From: Chthoniobacteraceae bacterium
GTDB lineage: Bacteria; Verrucomicrobiota; Verrucomicrobiia; Chthoniobacterales; Chthoniobacteraceae
DNA: 64,000 bases
Assembly (NCBI GenBank): GCA_037190965.1
Contig: JBBCKI010000072.1
Location: 47,821 to 111,820, forward strand
Reading direction: 5' to 3'
Shown piece by piece: positions 1 to 11,819 of this stretch (its first letter is position 1; the number at the start of each line of letters is the position of its first letter). Below the pieces are notes generated by a model. The model was not told the origin of the DNA. It was given only the letters and a program-made list of their open reading frames with translations, and searched no databases. A program made the translations under genes and the position numbers.

Positions 1-29
1 CAAATCGAATATGATAACGTTTTGGATTG

Positions 30-213
30 AACCTAAAAACGGCGTGGATCGGGGCGATCTGACGCAAGATGCGGCCAGGGTACGGGCTCCGCGCAGAGAC
101 TGCGCTTCGCTCCGTAAGAAGTAAACCGCTGATCGCGATAAAGCGGTCTGCTGGCCGCGAGTGACTTTCGTCGAGCTCAGCAGCTCATCCCCTCCCATTA
201 CCGTTTTTAGGTT
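30..213 (-). ncRNA. Candidate structured ncRNA or leader, family unassigned
   Basis: Perfect 13-bp closing inverted repeat (AACCTAAAAACGG 30-42 / 201-213) with nested stems GCGGCCAG/CTGGCCGC, TACGG/CCGTA, GCGCAG/CTGCGC and ACCGCT/AGCGGT. The minus strand gives a GAC-GAAA-GTC GNRA hairpin. Confidence 0.45.
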
Positions 214-371
214 GAAACTTTTCAGGGTTTGATGTCCGATAAGGGGCGACGATCAATAAGAAGGCTGGATGTAAAACGACGGTGAATGACGGGTGAATTT
301 ACTGGGGCAAGCCTGGGGCGAGCCAGGGCAGATCAAGGAAAACTTGGAAAATTGGGTAAACTGAGGAGGTT

Positions 372-2276
372 TTGAACCTGAAATATTCCGGAGAGTTGAG
401 ACATCTGAGAGAGATGGCGGGCCTGGATGAGCCTTCACCCAGGCCGACGATTCGAGTGTTTTTTGATGAGGTCGTCGGCGCGCTGTTTTTGCACGGGCAA
501 TTCATGTCTCTCTGGCGTGATCCGGAGGAGGAACACGAAGGAGCGAACCCTACGGAGCAGGAGAGGGTGGATGTTGCCCTCATTTTTTCCCGTTCACCGG
601 GTGAGGTCCCGCTTGCCATCGGGCGCGATCTGGCGGTTCGCCTGGGCGAGGTTACCGAAGCGATTCCCGATGCCGCGGTGATGGTGGTGTTGACTGGAGG
701 GCTTCCTTCGGGCGATTGCGCGATGATGCTCTGCCATGGCGGCGACGGATTACATGGTTTTTTGACGAGTGAAACGCTGACCCCCGAAACTCTCGCCCTG
801 GCGATTCGCATTGCCGCAAAGCGGCAGCAGGGCATTCTGGAGATGCGCCGCATCGTGGCAGAATTGAACTGGCGGGTGAAAGAGCGGACCCGCGAGAATC
901 GCGAAGCCGGAGAGCGTCTGGAAAAGGCGGTGGCGGAAAGGGAACGTGCGGAGCGACGCCTCAGCGAGGCTCATGACGAACTCGGGATTCGCATTCTGGA
1001 GCGGACCTCGCAACTGGCTCATGCCAATGAGCTCTTGAAGGTGGAGGTGGCGGAGCGAAAACGGGCTGAGCGCGAGTCGAAGAAGGCGAAGGAGCAGGCT
1101 GAGGCGGCCAATCGTGCCAAGAGCGAATTTCTCGCCAACATGAGCCACGAGATTCGTACCCCGATGAATGGGATCATCGGCATGACGGAGCTGGTGCTCA
1201 CCACTCCCCTGGATCCTTTGCAAAGCGAGTATTTGCATCTCATCAACCGTTCGGCGGAGTCGCTGCTTACCTTGATCAATGATGTCCTCGATTACGCAAA
1301 GATCGAGGCGGGCAAGTTGTTGCTGGGTGAAGAGCCCTTCAGCGTCCGGGAGGTGCTGGAAGATGCGGTAAAAACATTGAGTGTGCAGGCTTCGCAGAAA
1401 AACCTTCAATTGGTTTTAAGCGTCTGCCCCGAGGTTCCTCTCCTGGTCGTTGGCGATCCGGGGCGGCTTAGGCAGGTGATCCTCAATCTCGTGGGGAATG
1501 CCGTGAAGTTTACCGAAGCGGGGCAGGTGATCGTTTCGGCGAGCGCTTCCCTGGCGAGTGAGGAACGTGAGGACCTGGAGGGCCGGGTAGAACTGCGCTT
1601 TGAGGTTTCCGATACCGGCATTGGAATTCCTCCGGAAAAGCAGCAGCAGATTTTCGAAGCGTTCACGCAGGTGGATGGTTCGGTGACTCGTCGTTATGGT
1701 GGGACGGGGCTGGGCCTTGCGATCGTGACCAGCCTCGTGCAACAGATGGGGGGCGAAATCCAGCTCGACAGCCAGGTCGGCGCGGGGAGCACCTTCAAGT
1801 TTGCGATCCCGGTGGATATTTTTCTGCGGGAAGAAGGTTTGCCTTCGCCGGACGCAGGTTTCAAGCTTGGGCAAGAGCCCTATCCGTCCTATACGCCTTT
1901 CGGGACAGAGCGACGGGTCTTGATTGTGGAGGACAACCCGGTCAATCAACGGGTCGCGGAGACCATGTTGCTTCGCGGCGGTTACCAGGTCACGATTGCG
2001 GCCAACGGCAGGGAGGCGTTGAACGCGGTGCAGAGAGAGGTTTTCGATCTGGTGCTGATGGATATTCAGATGCCTGAGATGGACGGTCTGGAGGCGACCC
2101 GGCAGATTCGGTTGCTCGACCGTATCGATGGAAGACTGCCGATTGTGGCGATGACCGCCCACGCCATGAAGGGTGATCGCGAGCGTTGCCTGGAAGCGGG
2201 GATGGATCACTACCTGTCCAAGCCATTCCACAAGCGGGAATTGCTGGAAGTCGTCGAACGCTTTGTGCGGCGGTAG
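372..2276 (+). CDS. Hybrid sensor histidine kinase/response regulator (cytoplasmic)
   Basis: H-box [17 protein letters not shown]-box [11 protein letters not shown]-boxes DTGIGI and GGTGLGL, C-terminal receiver (VEDN, LMDIQMP, SKP). Alternative start ATG 414. Confidence 0.95.
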   Translation: MNLKYSGELRHLREMAGLDEPSPRPTIRVFFDEVVGALFLHGQFMSLWRDPEEEHEGANPTEQERVDVALIFSRSPGEVPLAIGRDLAVRLGEVTEAIPDAAVMVVLTGGLPSGDCAMMLCHGGDGLHGFLTSETLTPETLALAIRIAAKRQQGILEMRRIVAELNWRVKERTRENREAGERLEKAVAERERAERRLSEAHDELGIRILERTSQLAHANELLKVEVAERKRAERESKKAKEQAEAANRAKSEFLANMSHEIRTPMNGIIGMTELVLTTPLDPLQSEYLHLINRSAESLLTLINDVLDYAKIEAGKLLLGEEPFSVREVLEDAVKTLSVQASQKNLQLVLSVCPEVPLLVVGDPGRLRQVILNLVGNAVKFTEAGQVIVSASASLASEEREDLEGRVELRFEVSDTGIGIPPEKQQQIFEAFTQVDGSVTRRYGGTGLGLAIVTSLVQQMGGEIQLDSQVGAGSTFKFAIPVDIFLREEGLPSPDAGFKLGQEPYPSYTPFGTERRVLIVEDNPVNQRVAETMLLRGGYQVTIAANGREALNAVQREVFDLVLMDIQMPEMDGLEATRQIRLLDRIDGRLPIVAMTAHAMKGDRERCLEAGMDHYLSKPFHKRELLEVVERFVRR

Positions 2277-2390
2277 ACGGTAAAAACGAGAGGCAAATCT
2301 CCTTTTCGCGTGATTTTGGGCGTGCCTTATGCTTTCTCGCATGACGTGGTCCGGCTTCCTTCCGGCCCGAAGAGTTCTCTTATCAGCCCT

Positions 2391-2876
2391 ATGAAAAACC
2401 AGACTTATTCCATGTTTGCGGCTTCCGTCTGTGCGGCCGCGCTTGTTCTGAGCGGATGCGCCAGCAACGAGCCGAGGCCCGTTCACCGGCAGCCTTCCAA
2501 GTACTCCAACAAAGCCAAACACCGGGATGACCGGAGAGACGATCGGAGAGATCGCAGAGACGATCATCGGGATCGCCGCGATGACCGAGACGACCGCCGG
2601 GACGATCGCGGTGATCGCAGCGAGTGGAACCGGGCTCCCTCGGTGGGGATGACTAAATCGGAAGTGCGGAGACGCTATGGAGCCCCCGTGGAGGTTTCAT
2701 CCACCCCGCAGGGAGAGGTTTGGTTTTACACGGCGAGAGTGAGTGGCCGCGATTTCATCCCAATCTACGGTGCCGTGACGCACCGTAGGAATGGAGGCTC
2801 GATTGGGTTTGATTCCCATGGCCGTGTGAGCGCCTTCCAGTGGGGCCGCGATTATCGCAACGCCTGGTGGTACTAA
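2391..2876 (+). CDS. Lipoprotein with Arg/Asp repeat tract and SmpA/BamE-like C-terminal domain
   Basis: Lipobox LSGC; RDD repeats; GMTKSEVRRRYGAP...W.Y motif. Confidence 0.7.
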   Translation: MKNQTYSMFAASVCAAALVLSGCASNEPRPVHRQPSKYSNKAKHRDDRRDDRRDRRDDHRDRRDDRDDRRDDRGDRSEWNRAPSVGMTKSEVRRRYGAPVEVSSTPQGEVWFYTARVSGRDFIPIYGAVTHRRNGGSIGFDSHGRVSAFQWGRDYRNAWWY

Positions 2877-3028
2877 AAGCGTCTCTCAAAATCTTTTCCG
2901 AATGCACTGGCGCGGCGTCGCTGAGCTTGGGCAGGGGCACTGCGGCCCCAGCCACTGCGCTCTGCTCGTTGCTTCAGAAGCCATGGCGCTCCCATTACCT
3001 TTCGGACATTATTTTCGAGAAAACGCTA
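2877..3028. mobile_element. MITE-like element
   Basis: Imperfect terminal inverted repeats (AGCGTCTCTCAAAAT..TCCGAA / TTCGGA..ATTTTCGAGAAAACGCT) flanked by TAA on both sides (2874-2876, 3029-3031). Confidence 0.45.
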
Positions 3029-3066
3029 TAAAATCAACTGACCGCCAAGCAGGCTGAACAATAACC

Positions 3067-3105
3067 GGGCCGTGCCCTCGGGGGAGAGGGGCACGGCCCT
3101 TTTTT
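3067..3105 (+). terminator. Rho-independent terminator
   Basis: 11-bp stem GGGCCGTGCCC/GGGCACGGCCC followed by TTTTTT. Confidence 0.85.
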
Positions 3106-3296
3106 GGGATTCTGATGGGGATGCCTCCCCGATTTGCCATCTTTTTCCCCCGGTGCACGCCACAAGCCGATTGTTTGGGGGACGGTGAGTTACGGTGTAA
3201 TGAAGCCAGGGCTCACGGTTTCCCGTTCCGCCAGACTAGCGGTATCGAGGGCTAAGAGGAATCAGGCAGATGCCGCTTGGGGGGTGGTGCAATCCC

Positions 3297-4544
3297 TTAT
3301 CCCGACTTTGTTGCGGCCATCGCGTTTCCCGCGATCCACCCGGTCGTCCAGGCTGCCTGGAAGTTGAAGCCACCGGTAATACCGTCGATGTCGAGGAGCT
3401 CTCCCGCGAAATGGAGACCAGGGACAATCTTGCTTTCCATCGTCTTGAAGTTGACCTCGCTCAGGCGAACTCCGCCGCAGGTGACAAACTCCGCCTTGTT
3501 TGTGCTTTTGCCGGTGACATGGAACTCGGTCGCGGAAAGTTGGTCGGCCAGCTTTAGCAACGCCGGTCGCGAAAGCGCGGCCCAGCGGGTATCCGGGGCG
3601 ATTCTGGCGGCGAAAACCAGTTGCTCCCAGAGTCGGGACGGGATCGGTTTGATCGGCGTTTTGATAACCGGCGTTGATTGGCGTCGGGCGCGCAATTCTT
3701 CGGCGATGGCTTCGCGGGTCAACCCGGGCAGCCAGTTGATTCGCAGGGGAAACCGGTACTCCATGCCGTGAAGCTCGCGTGCTCCCCAGGCTGAGAGCCG
3801 CAGGATGACCGGGCCGCTCACGCCCCAGTGGGTGGCGAGCAGGGGGCCGCGCTCACGTAATCGGGTGCCCGGCACGGAGGCTTCCACCGGCTCCACGGAG
3901 ACACCCGCCAAATCCCGAAGCCACGGCGTTTCGATATGAAAAGTGAAGAGGGAGGGAACCGGGGGTTCGAAGGTATGCCCCAGTGCGACCGCCGGTTCCG
4001 AAGAACTCGCGGAGCGGGGGCCACCCGTGGCGAGGAGGAGGCGGTCGCAGGAGATCGTCTTCCCGTCGGAAAGCGTCACTTCAAAGCCTTCGCTTTGCGC
4101 CTTTCGGGCGATTTTGCCGGCGCCGCATTGCGACACCAGTTCCACCCCGGCCTCGCGAGCCTCGCCCATCAAGCAGTCGATGATGGTTTGCGAGGAATCG
4201 GTGATGGGGAACATCCGTCCGTCGCTCTCCGTCTTGAGTTTGACGCCGCGCGATTGGAACCACTCCACCGTATCGGCGGCCGCAAAGCGGGAAAATGCGC
4301 CAAGCAACGCCCGCTCGCCTCGAGGATAGTGAGCCGCCAGGGCGCGGGTCTCAAAGCAGGAGTGGGTGACATTGCAGCGGCCTCCCCCCGAGATGCGGAC
4401 CTTGGACAGAAAATGCGGCCCTTTTTCCAGCACGACGACCGAAGCGGCGCCTCCGCTGGCGCGGGCACAGGCGATGGCGGCAAAAAAACCGGCCGCGCCT
4501 CCGCCGACCACGCAGGCGGAGTAATGATCACGGGAAGGACGCAT
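3297..4544 (-). CDS. HI0933/BaiN-family NAD(P)/FAD-dependent flavoprotein
   Basis: GGGAAG, KVRISGGGRCNVT, VTCGGV, GELLDIDGITGGFNFQAAW. Confidence 0.92.
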   Translation of the reverse strand: MRPSRDHYSACVVGGGAAGFFAAIACARASGGAASVVVLEKGPHFLSKVRISGGGRCNVTHSCFETRALAAHYPRGERALLGAFSRFAAADTVEWFQSRGVKLKTESDGRMFPITDSSQTIIDCLMGEAREAGVELVSQCGAGKIARKAQSEGFEVTLSDGKTISCDRLLLATGGPRSASSSEPAVALGHTFEPPVPSLFTFHIETPWLRDLAGVSVEPVEASVPGTRLRERGPLLATHWGVSGPVILRLSAWGARELHGMEYRFPLRINWLPGLTREAIAEELRARRQSTPVIKTPIKPIPSRLWEQLVFAARIAPDTRWAALSRPALLKLADQLSATEFHVTGKSTNKAEFVTCGGVRLSEVNFKTMESKIVPGLHFAGELLDIDGITGGFNFQAAWTTGWIAGNAMAATKSG

Positions 4545-4554
4545 CCAGGATTAA

Positions 4555-6186
<1,632 letters not shown>

Positions 6187-6204
6187 GCTGCGGCGTGCAA
6201 AGGC

Positions 6205-6375
6205 TTAAAACCGGCGCGGACCCGGCTTGGGAGTGCGGGGGGCGGATGTCTCGTATCCGCCGTTAACGGCCTTCATCCCGCCGTCCACAAAAGTTTTATA
6301 AAACTCGAACAGGACGGCGGTCACAAAACCCGCCAGAATGACGAGGATCAATTTCTGAAAGAATGAGTTTTGCAT
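6205..6375 (-). CDS. Small single-TM hypothetical protein
   Basis: Hydrophobic segment; fills the gap between co-oriented genes. Confidence 0.5.
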   Translation of the reverse strand: MQNSFFQKLILVILAGFVTAVLFEFYKTFVDGGMKAVNGGYETSAPRTPKPGPRRF

Positions 6376-6414
6376 GGGTGCGCCGCCGATCATAGCGGAG
6401 GCGGCGCGCCGATG

Positions 6415-7191
6415 TCACCAGAAACCCCATTGGCCGGTCTGCATAATGTAGAGGCCAAGGATGAGGTTTGTGATGGCGTGGGCAACGACGCACGCGGCAA
6501 GGCTGCGGGTGCGGATGGCGATGAGGTTGTATAACGCGCTGGTAATGAGGGCGGTCCAGAAGTCCTGCCCGGGTTGGAACGTGAAGGTCTTCAGGCCAGG
6601 TAGAAAGTCCGGGGACAGGTGCGCAAGCCCAAAGCAAAGAACAACCGCCAAGAACGAGAACCGCGTGGCGGTGCCAAAAGGAACCTTCTCAAAATCCTCA
6701 CGGATGAGATACCGGAGCAGAAAGCCGCGCCAGAAAATCTCTTCCAGGAGCGGGACCACAATGACAAGCCGCGCGAAGCGAAGCGCGAGACTTCCCCAAT
6801 AGGTGGGGGAGCCATGGACAAAGACGTTGGGATCGAAACCTTCCAGTCGTGGAGCCGCGCCGAAAATTTCCTGGGGAGAAATCCAGATGCCTAGAACGAG
6901 AATTGCTATTCCAAGCGTCCATGCCCAATCTTTCCCCTGTTTTGGCCAGCTTAACGAATAGTACCGCCAGTAGAAGGCAAGTAGGCCGCCGCACACCAGC
7001 GTTTGCAGCGGGAAGATCCAGTATTTCGGCTGCGCGAGCAGGAACTCCGTGCGTCCCAAGCCCTGAATCCACCCCGGCAGCATCATGAAAAACATGAACG
7101 CAAAGAACGGAAAACAGAAAGCCCGTAATGCCGGAGTCATGAGGGGCTCGGCAGGCGGCTTGGAGGCTTGGGGTGCTTGAGCGGGAGTCAT
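6415..7191 (-). CDS. CAAX prenyl protease-related (CPBP) membrane protein, PEP-CTERM-associated type
   Basis: VVPLLEEIFWRGFL, FGLAH and AHAITN motifs; multiple TM segments. Confidence 0.88.
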   Translation of the reverse strand: MTPAQAPQASKPPAEPLMTPALRAFCFPFFAFMFFMMLPGWIQGLGRTEFLLAQPKYWIFPLQTLVCGGLLAFYWRYYSLSWPKQGKDWAWTLGIAILVLGIWISPQEIFGAAPRLEGFDPNVFVHGSPTYWGSLALRFARLVIVVPLLEEIFWRGFLLRYLIREDFEKVPFGTATRFSFLAVVLCFGLAHLSPDFLPGLKTFTFQPGQDFWTALITSALYNLIAIRTRSLAACVVAHAITNLILGLYIMQTGQWGFW

Positions 7192-7247
7192 GGCGCGGGT
7201 AATCTTGAGGAAAGCGGCGAATAATACAACTTTTCTAACAAACGGAC

Positions 7248-7493
7248 ATGGCTGACGTCGATCCCGAGAAGATTCTTGCGGAGCTGGAGGCGGCGCGGTT
7301 GGCGGCTTCATCCCGACGCGCCAAACCCGGTCGAAACGCCGTGCTCGTGGTTATCGTGCTTCTCATCCTTGCGATAGCTTCCATCGCGCTTTGGGTCCTG
7401 ACGCTGATGCTCGACGGGCTGCCAAGGCCTGAAAGGTCTGAGGGCAAAGGCTCGCCCTCCGCAGCCGCGCCCGCCGTCGGGAAGGCTCCGTGA
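7248..7493 (+). CDS. Small single-TM hypothetical protein
   Basis: ATG start; one long hydrophobic helix. Confidence 0.6.
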   Translation: MADVDPEKILAELEAARLAASSRRAKPGRNAVLVVIVLLILAIASIALWVLTLMLDGLPRPERSEGKGSPSAAAPAVGKAP

Positions 7494-7601
7494 CTTTTAT
7501 GAAAAATCTCCTTTGCCCCAGTCTGTTGAAGTTCCTAAAATCGTCATCTGCCGGGCTGAACTGGGCCTGATTCAAATTTCCTGTTTACCCGCTAACACCT
7601 T

Positions 7602-8630
7602 ATGGCAAAACCCCCTTCCTCAGCCATCGGCGTTGACCTTGGCAGGCACTCGATGAAAGCAGTGCTTCTTGCGCGCAAAGGCAATGGCCGTCTCTCGCTC
7701 ACCCGCTTTGCCACGCGCGATTTGGCCGTTGAGCTCCATACCGCCGATGAACTGGCTGCCAACCTCAAGGCGTTGCTCCAGGAGCTGGGGGGGAGCGCAA
7801 AGGCCTGCGGGATCGCCATTTCTTCCTCCGACTCGTTTTTGCGCATTATCGAGCAGCCCGAGATGGAGCCGGAAACCCTGCGCGATGCACTGCGGTTCAA
7901 CAGCCAGATGCTGCTTAACCAGGATTGCAAAGATTTTGTGCTCGATTGCGACCGGATCTCCGCCGATTCGTCCGGGGGAAACAATGGGTCCTCGCGCTAT
8001 ATCGTGGGAGGCCTGCCGAGAGCGCAGGTGCAGGTGATCCATGACGCGTGCCTGAAGACGAAGACCCCGATGACGGCGCTGCAGCTCAGCCCAATGGCGG
8101 TTTTCAACGCATTCGAGTTTGCCAATGAGGAAACCTTCAATACCCAGGGGTTCGTCCTTGTCGATATCGGCCATCTCTCTTCAGAAGTAATTGTCGGGGC
8201 AAAGCGCGAGTTGATTCTGGCCCGAACACTTGGCTACGGCGGCAACCATTTTGTGGAAGAGTTGATCTGTCACGGGGCGTCGGGTCCCGAGGAGGTGGCT
8301 CAGGCGCTGGCCGAGGAGGAGGTGCTTACCATCGAGAATGCGCGGCTTTCGCTCACGGAGCTTGTCCGTTCGATCAGTTCCTCCATCGGATTCGTTGAGG
8401 CGCGGCATGAGGTGGCGATCCCGAGAGTTTTTATTTCGGGCGGGATGGCGAAGTCACCCGCGATTCTGAAGATTCTCTCCGAAGAACTGCAACTCCCGTG
8501 CGAAACATGGGACCCCTTTGCCAAATGCGAAGTCGCTGTTCCTGCGGCACGCAAGGAGGCGTTGGGAGGGCAGCTTCCGGTATTAAGCGCGGCCTGCGGG
8601 GCGGCGGCGGAAATTTTGAAAGGACGTTGA
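7602..8630 (+). CDS. pilM: Type IV pilus assembly protein PilM (actin-like)
   Basis: IGVDLG..SMKAV, LVDIG and FISGG motifs; heads a four-gene operon. Confidence 0.85.
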   Translation: MAKPPSSAIGVDLGRHSMKAVLLARKGNGRLSLTRFATRDLAVELHTADELAANLKALLQELGGSAKACGIAISSSDSFLRIIEQPEMEPETLRDALRFNSQMLLNQDCKDFVLDCDRISADSSGGNNGSSRYIVGGLPRAQVQVIHDACLKTKTPMTALQLSPMAVFNAFEFANEETFNTQGFVLVDIGHLSSEVIVGAKRELILARTLGYGGNHFVEELICHGASGPEEVAQALAEEEVLTIENARLSLTELVRSISSSIGFVEARHEVAIPRVFISGGMAKSPAILKILSEELQLPCETWDPFAKCEVAVPAARKEALGGQLPVLSAACGAAAEILKGR

Positions 8631-8639
8631 GGGGAACTC

Positions 8640-9299
8640 ATGGCGCTACATCTTAATTTTTATCACGAAATCCAGCGCGAAGCTCAGGCCCGGGCGCGGG
8701 ACCCGGTGAAACTTGCAGGGTTGGCAGGAGCGGCGCTGGCGGTCCTGCTTCTCGCCTACTATGGCTACCGGAGCTACGCCGTGAGCCGTGTGGAGGCCAA
8801 GCTCGCCTCGGTCCAGAAAGAATGGAAACGGCTCGAACCGGCGCAGGCTGAGGCCAAGAAGCGCGAGGCTGAGCTTTTCGTTCTGCAAAAGAGCAACAAG
8901 GCATTGGTCGATCGTCTTCATGGACGCCTCTATTTTGCCCCTCTGCTTGACAAGATTGCGACAGCCACGCCCCCCACGGTCCAGATCACTTCGCTTGCCG
9001 CTGATTACGCCGATCCTGAGAAACCGGCAACGGTCCTGGTTTCGGGCATCGCCGCGGGGCTCCAGCCACGGAGCGCCGCCGAGGCATTTCGTCTTGCGCT
9101 GGAGAAAGAGGTTTCAGGGCAGTATCCGAAAGCGACCGCCAGCTTCGACGCCAACTCACTGGAGGAGGCTGAGGAGAATATCGAATGGAGCGGGGAATCG
9201 CTTCACACCGCCCGTTTCAAAATTCGGCTGACGCTTGAGGGTCGTCCGCCAGCAAAAGAAGAGGCACCCCCGGCCCCCAAGAAAGCGAAAACCAAATGA
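8640..9299 (+). CDS. PilN-like protein
   Basis: LNF motif, TM helix, coiled coil, P.TVQITSL; position after pilM. Confidence 0.7.
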   Translation: MALHLNFYHEIQREAQARARDPVKLAGLAGAALAVLLLAYYGYRSYAVSRVEAKLASVQKEWKRLEPAQAEAKKREAELFVLQKSNKALVDRLHGRLYFAPLLDKIATATPPTVQITSLAADYADPEKPATVLVSGIAAGLQPRSAAEAFRLALEKEVSGQYPKATASFDANSLEEAEENIEWSGESLHTARFKIRLTLEGRPPAKEEAPPAPKKAKTK

Positions 9300-9856
9300 A
9301 TCTGACCAAGGAACAACTTCAGAAGGCCGCGCTGGGAGTGGTGCTCGTCCTTGTCGCCCTGTATGCCTATTTCAGCATGCTGTTGGGGCCGCTCGGAGCG
9401 CGGGAGAAGCGGGCGCAAAAGGCGATGGACGCCCTTGCGCCGAAGATGAAGGAAGCAAATACCCAGATTACCCGGACCCGCTCCATCGAAGCCGAAGACC
9501 CATTTGGAGCGGCGGCTGGAATCGCCCGGGAGGCAATGGCGACGCGCATCCCCGACGGGGCTGCCATCGTCTGGTTGCCGCAAAGACTCTCGGAGTTTTT
9601 CCATAGCCAAGGAATCAAGAAGATTACCTCCAAAGCGGAAGCCGAGCAGGATGATCTTAGCTTGCCGGGCTACCGCCTTTCGACCTGGCAGGTTAATATC
9701 GCCGAAGTCGAGTTTGTGCCTTTTGCCGCTGCCATCGCCGCGATGGAGAACCAGGAGGGCTTGGCACAGATCACCTCCCTGCGGATTGAGACCAATGCCG
9801 CCAACGTTCAATTCCAAAACGCCAGCCTGAAGTTCTCAACCCTGGTTAAAAAGTGA
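9296..9856 (+). CDS. PilO/GspM-like protein
   Basis: TM plus coiled coil plus ferredoxin-like tail; ATGA overlap with the upstream gene. Confidence 0.65.
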   Translation: MNLTKEQLQKAALGVVLVLVALYAYFSMLLGPLGAREKRAQKAMDALAPKMKEANTQITRTRSIEAEDPFGAAAGIAREAMATRIPDGAAIVWLPQRLSEFFHSQGIKKITSKAEAEQDDLSLPGYRLSTWQVNIAEVEFVPFAAAIAAMENQEGLAQITSLRIETNAANVQFQNASLKFSTLVKK

Positions 9857-10305
9857 AAATCCTCTCTTTTCTTTCCCTGCTGTCATTGGCTTTTGCCGTG
9901 CTTCCCGCCAGCGCTCAAACGGTTGAAGATCTTCAGATCAAAGAGCGGTCGTTTTTTACGGCGTCAACGGCCAGAAATCCGTTCTTGCCTGTCGGTTGGG
10001 CAAAGCCTGAGCCAATCGTTCCTACGGTGGGTAAGCCTGTCAACCCGACGGCCGTGGTGTCGGATGCATTCTTCAAGCCGGAGCGCTTCGTGGTGACCAG
10101 CATTTCCATCGGCGCGCTTCCGCTGGCCTTGATCAATGGGAAAACTTACGGCGAGGGCGACCTCATTCCCGTGGAGGCCGGGATCAACGTGCAGGTCTAT
10201 GCCATTCGCGACGGGGAAGTGACTTTGCGTTACCAGAGCAAAACGATCGTTTCGGCGATCCAGAGCGCGGAGGCCAAGAAGCAAAGGCCGAAGCCGAAGC
10301 ATTAA
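9853..10305 (+). CDS. PilP/GspB-like periplasmic protein
   Basis: Signal peptide, RNPF motif, ALINGKTYGEGD motif; GTGA overlap. Confidence 0.6.
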   Translation: MKILSFLSLLSLAFAVLPASAQTVEDLQIKERSFFTASTARNPFLPVGWAKPEPIVPTVGKPVNPTAVVSDAFFKPERFVVTSISIGALPLALINGKTYGEGDLIPVEAGINVQVYAIRDGEVTLRYQSKTIVSAIQSAEAKKQRPKPKH

Positions 10306-10410
10306 CGAGCGGAGCGGCCTACTTCATAAAAATCCGCCGCGACTTGCGCCGGGGGGCCAATCGCCCCTATCGTTGGGTTCCTGTCTCCCAAGCCAGATTC
10401 CAACAACGAT

Positions 10411-11745
10411 ATGTCGCCTTCTCTTGAATCTCTTTTCGACTTCACCCGGTTTCAGAGCATTTCCGCCGATGCGAATTACACCCCGCAGGTGGCGGCGTGT
10501 GCGGAATGGCTGAAAAGCCGTTTCCTTGCCATGGGGTTGGAGGCGAAGGCGTACCCGACTGCCGGGCATCCTGTGGTGCTGGCGCGCAATGTGCCGAGGG
10601 CGGATCGTCGCACAGTGCTCATCTACGGGCATTATGATGTGCAACCGGCGGATCCGCTCAATGAGTGGACGACACCTCCCTTTGAACCTCGCGTGGAGAA
10701 TGGCATGATCTATGCCCGGGGCATTGCCGACAACAAGGGGCAGATCATGGCGCACATCCTTGGTGTGGAGAAGGCGCTGGCCGAGAAGGGGGATCTCCCC
10801 GTGAACGTGATTTTTCTGGTGGAAGGCGAGGAGGAAATCGGCAGCGGGCATCTGGAAGCCTTCCTCAAGGAGCATCGTGAGGCGTTGAACCCCCATGTGA
10901 TCGTCATTTCTGACACCAGCATGGTCGCGCCCGGCGTCCCTTCGTTGGACTATGGGTTGCGGGGTGTTCTGGCGATGGAGGTTCGCCTGCATGGCGCGGC
11001 GACGGATCTGCACTCCGGGAGCTACGGCGGGATCGCGCCGAATCCCGCGATGTTGCTCGCGCGGCTTCTCGCAACGCTTCATGACGAGCAGTTCCGTGTG
11101 GCGGTGCCGGGCTTTTATGACGCGGTCATTCCCGTTCAGGATTGGGAGCGGAAGGAGTGGGCTCAACTGCCGATGAGCGGGGAGGAGGATTACAAGAATG
11201 AGATCCGTTCTCCCTCCCTTTTCGGGGAGGCGGGATACACGCCGTTGGAGCGGCTCTGGGCCCGGCCCACGGCGGAGGTCAACGGAATTGGCGGCGGATA
11301 CCAGGGGCTGGGAAGCAAAACGGTGATCCCGCGCGAGGCCTTTGCGAAGCTGACCTTCCGGCTCGTTCCCAACCAGACCCCGGAGGAGATCGAGGAGAAG
11401 GTGATCGCCCATCTCAAACGGCATTGCCCACCGGAGGTGCGGCTGGAGATCAGCCCCGGGCATGGCGGTGCACCGTTCTTGTGCGATCCGAAAGGAGCCA
11501 ACAGCCTGGCCGCGGGTCGTGCGGCAATGCGGACCTGGGGTCAGGATCTGGCACTGATCCGGGGCGGGGGTTCGATTCCGATTTTGCAGACTTTCCAGCG
11601 GATTCTCGGCGTCGATATCCTGCTTATCGGACTGGCGTGGCCGGGGTGCTGCGCGCATGCTCCCAACGAAAACTTCCCCGTGGAAAGCTTCGAGACCGGG
11701 ATCCGCTTCAATCAGGCGTTGCTGGAAGAGCTAGCCGCAGGGTAG
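10411..11745 (+). CDS. M20 family dipeptidase (ArgE/DapE-like)
   Basis: YGHYDVQP, ARGIADNKGQ, EGEEEIGS, DLHSG, HAPNE. Confidence 0.93.
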   Translation: MSPSLESLFDFTRFQSISADANYTPQVAACAEWLKSRFLAMGLEAKAYPTAGHPVVLARNVPRADRRTVLIYGHYDVQPADPLNEWTTPPFEPRVENGMIYARGIADNKGQIMAHILGVEKALAEKGDLPVNVIFLVEGEEEIGSGHLEAFLKEHREALNPHVIVISDTSMVAPGVPSLDYGLRGVLAMEVRLHGAATDLHSGSYGGIAPNPAMLLARLLATLHDEQFRVAVPGFYDAVIPVQDWERKEWAQLPMSGEEDYKNEIRSPSLFGEAGYTPLERLWARPTAEVNGIGGGYQGLGSKTVIPREAFAKLTFRLVPNQTPEEIEEKVIAHLKRHCPPEVRLEISPGHGGAPFLCDPKGANSLAAGRAAMRTWGQDLALIRGGGSIPILQTFQRILGVDILLIGLAWPGCCAHAPNENFPVESFETGIRFNQALLEELAAG

Positions 11746-11819
11746 CGAGGGCGCGGGAATTTTGCGCGGCGGGGGCAATCTCGCCGTGCGCCGCCGGGGC
11801 GGGTTCTTACGCTCGTGGC

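Noticed and set aside
3110..3296. Hairpin-rich spacer with a tRNA-like GGTGCAATCCC
   Set aside because: No cloverleaf or riboswitch consensus could be built.
11424..11819. N-terminal extension of the 783-aa ORF
   Set aside because: It overlaps the peptidase gene in another frame; the portal-like sequence begins at ATG 11820.
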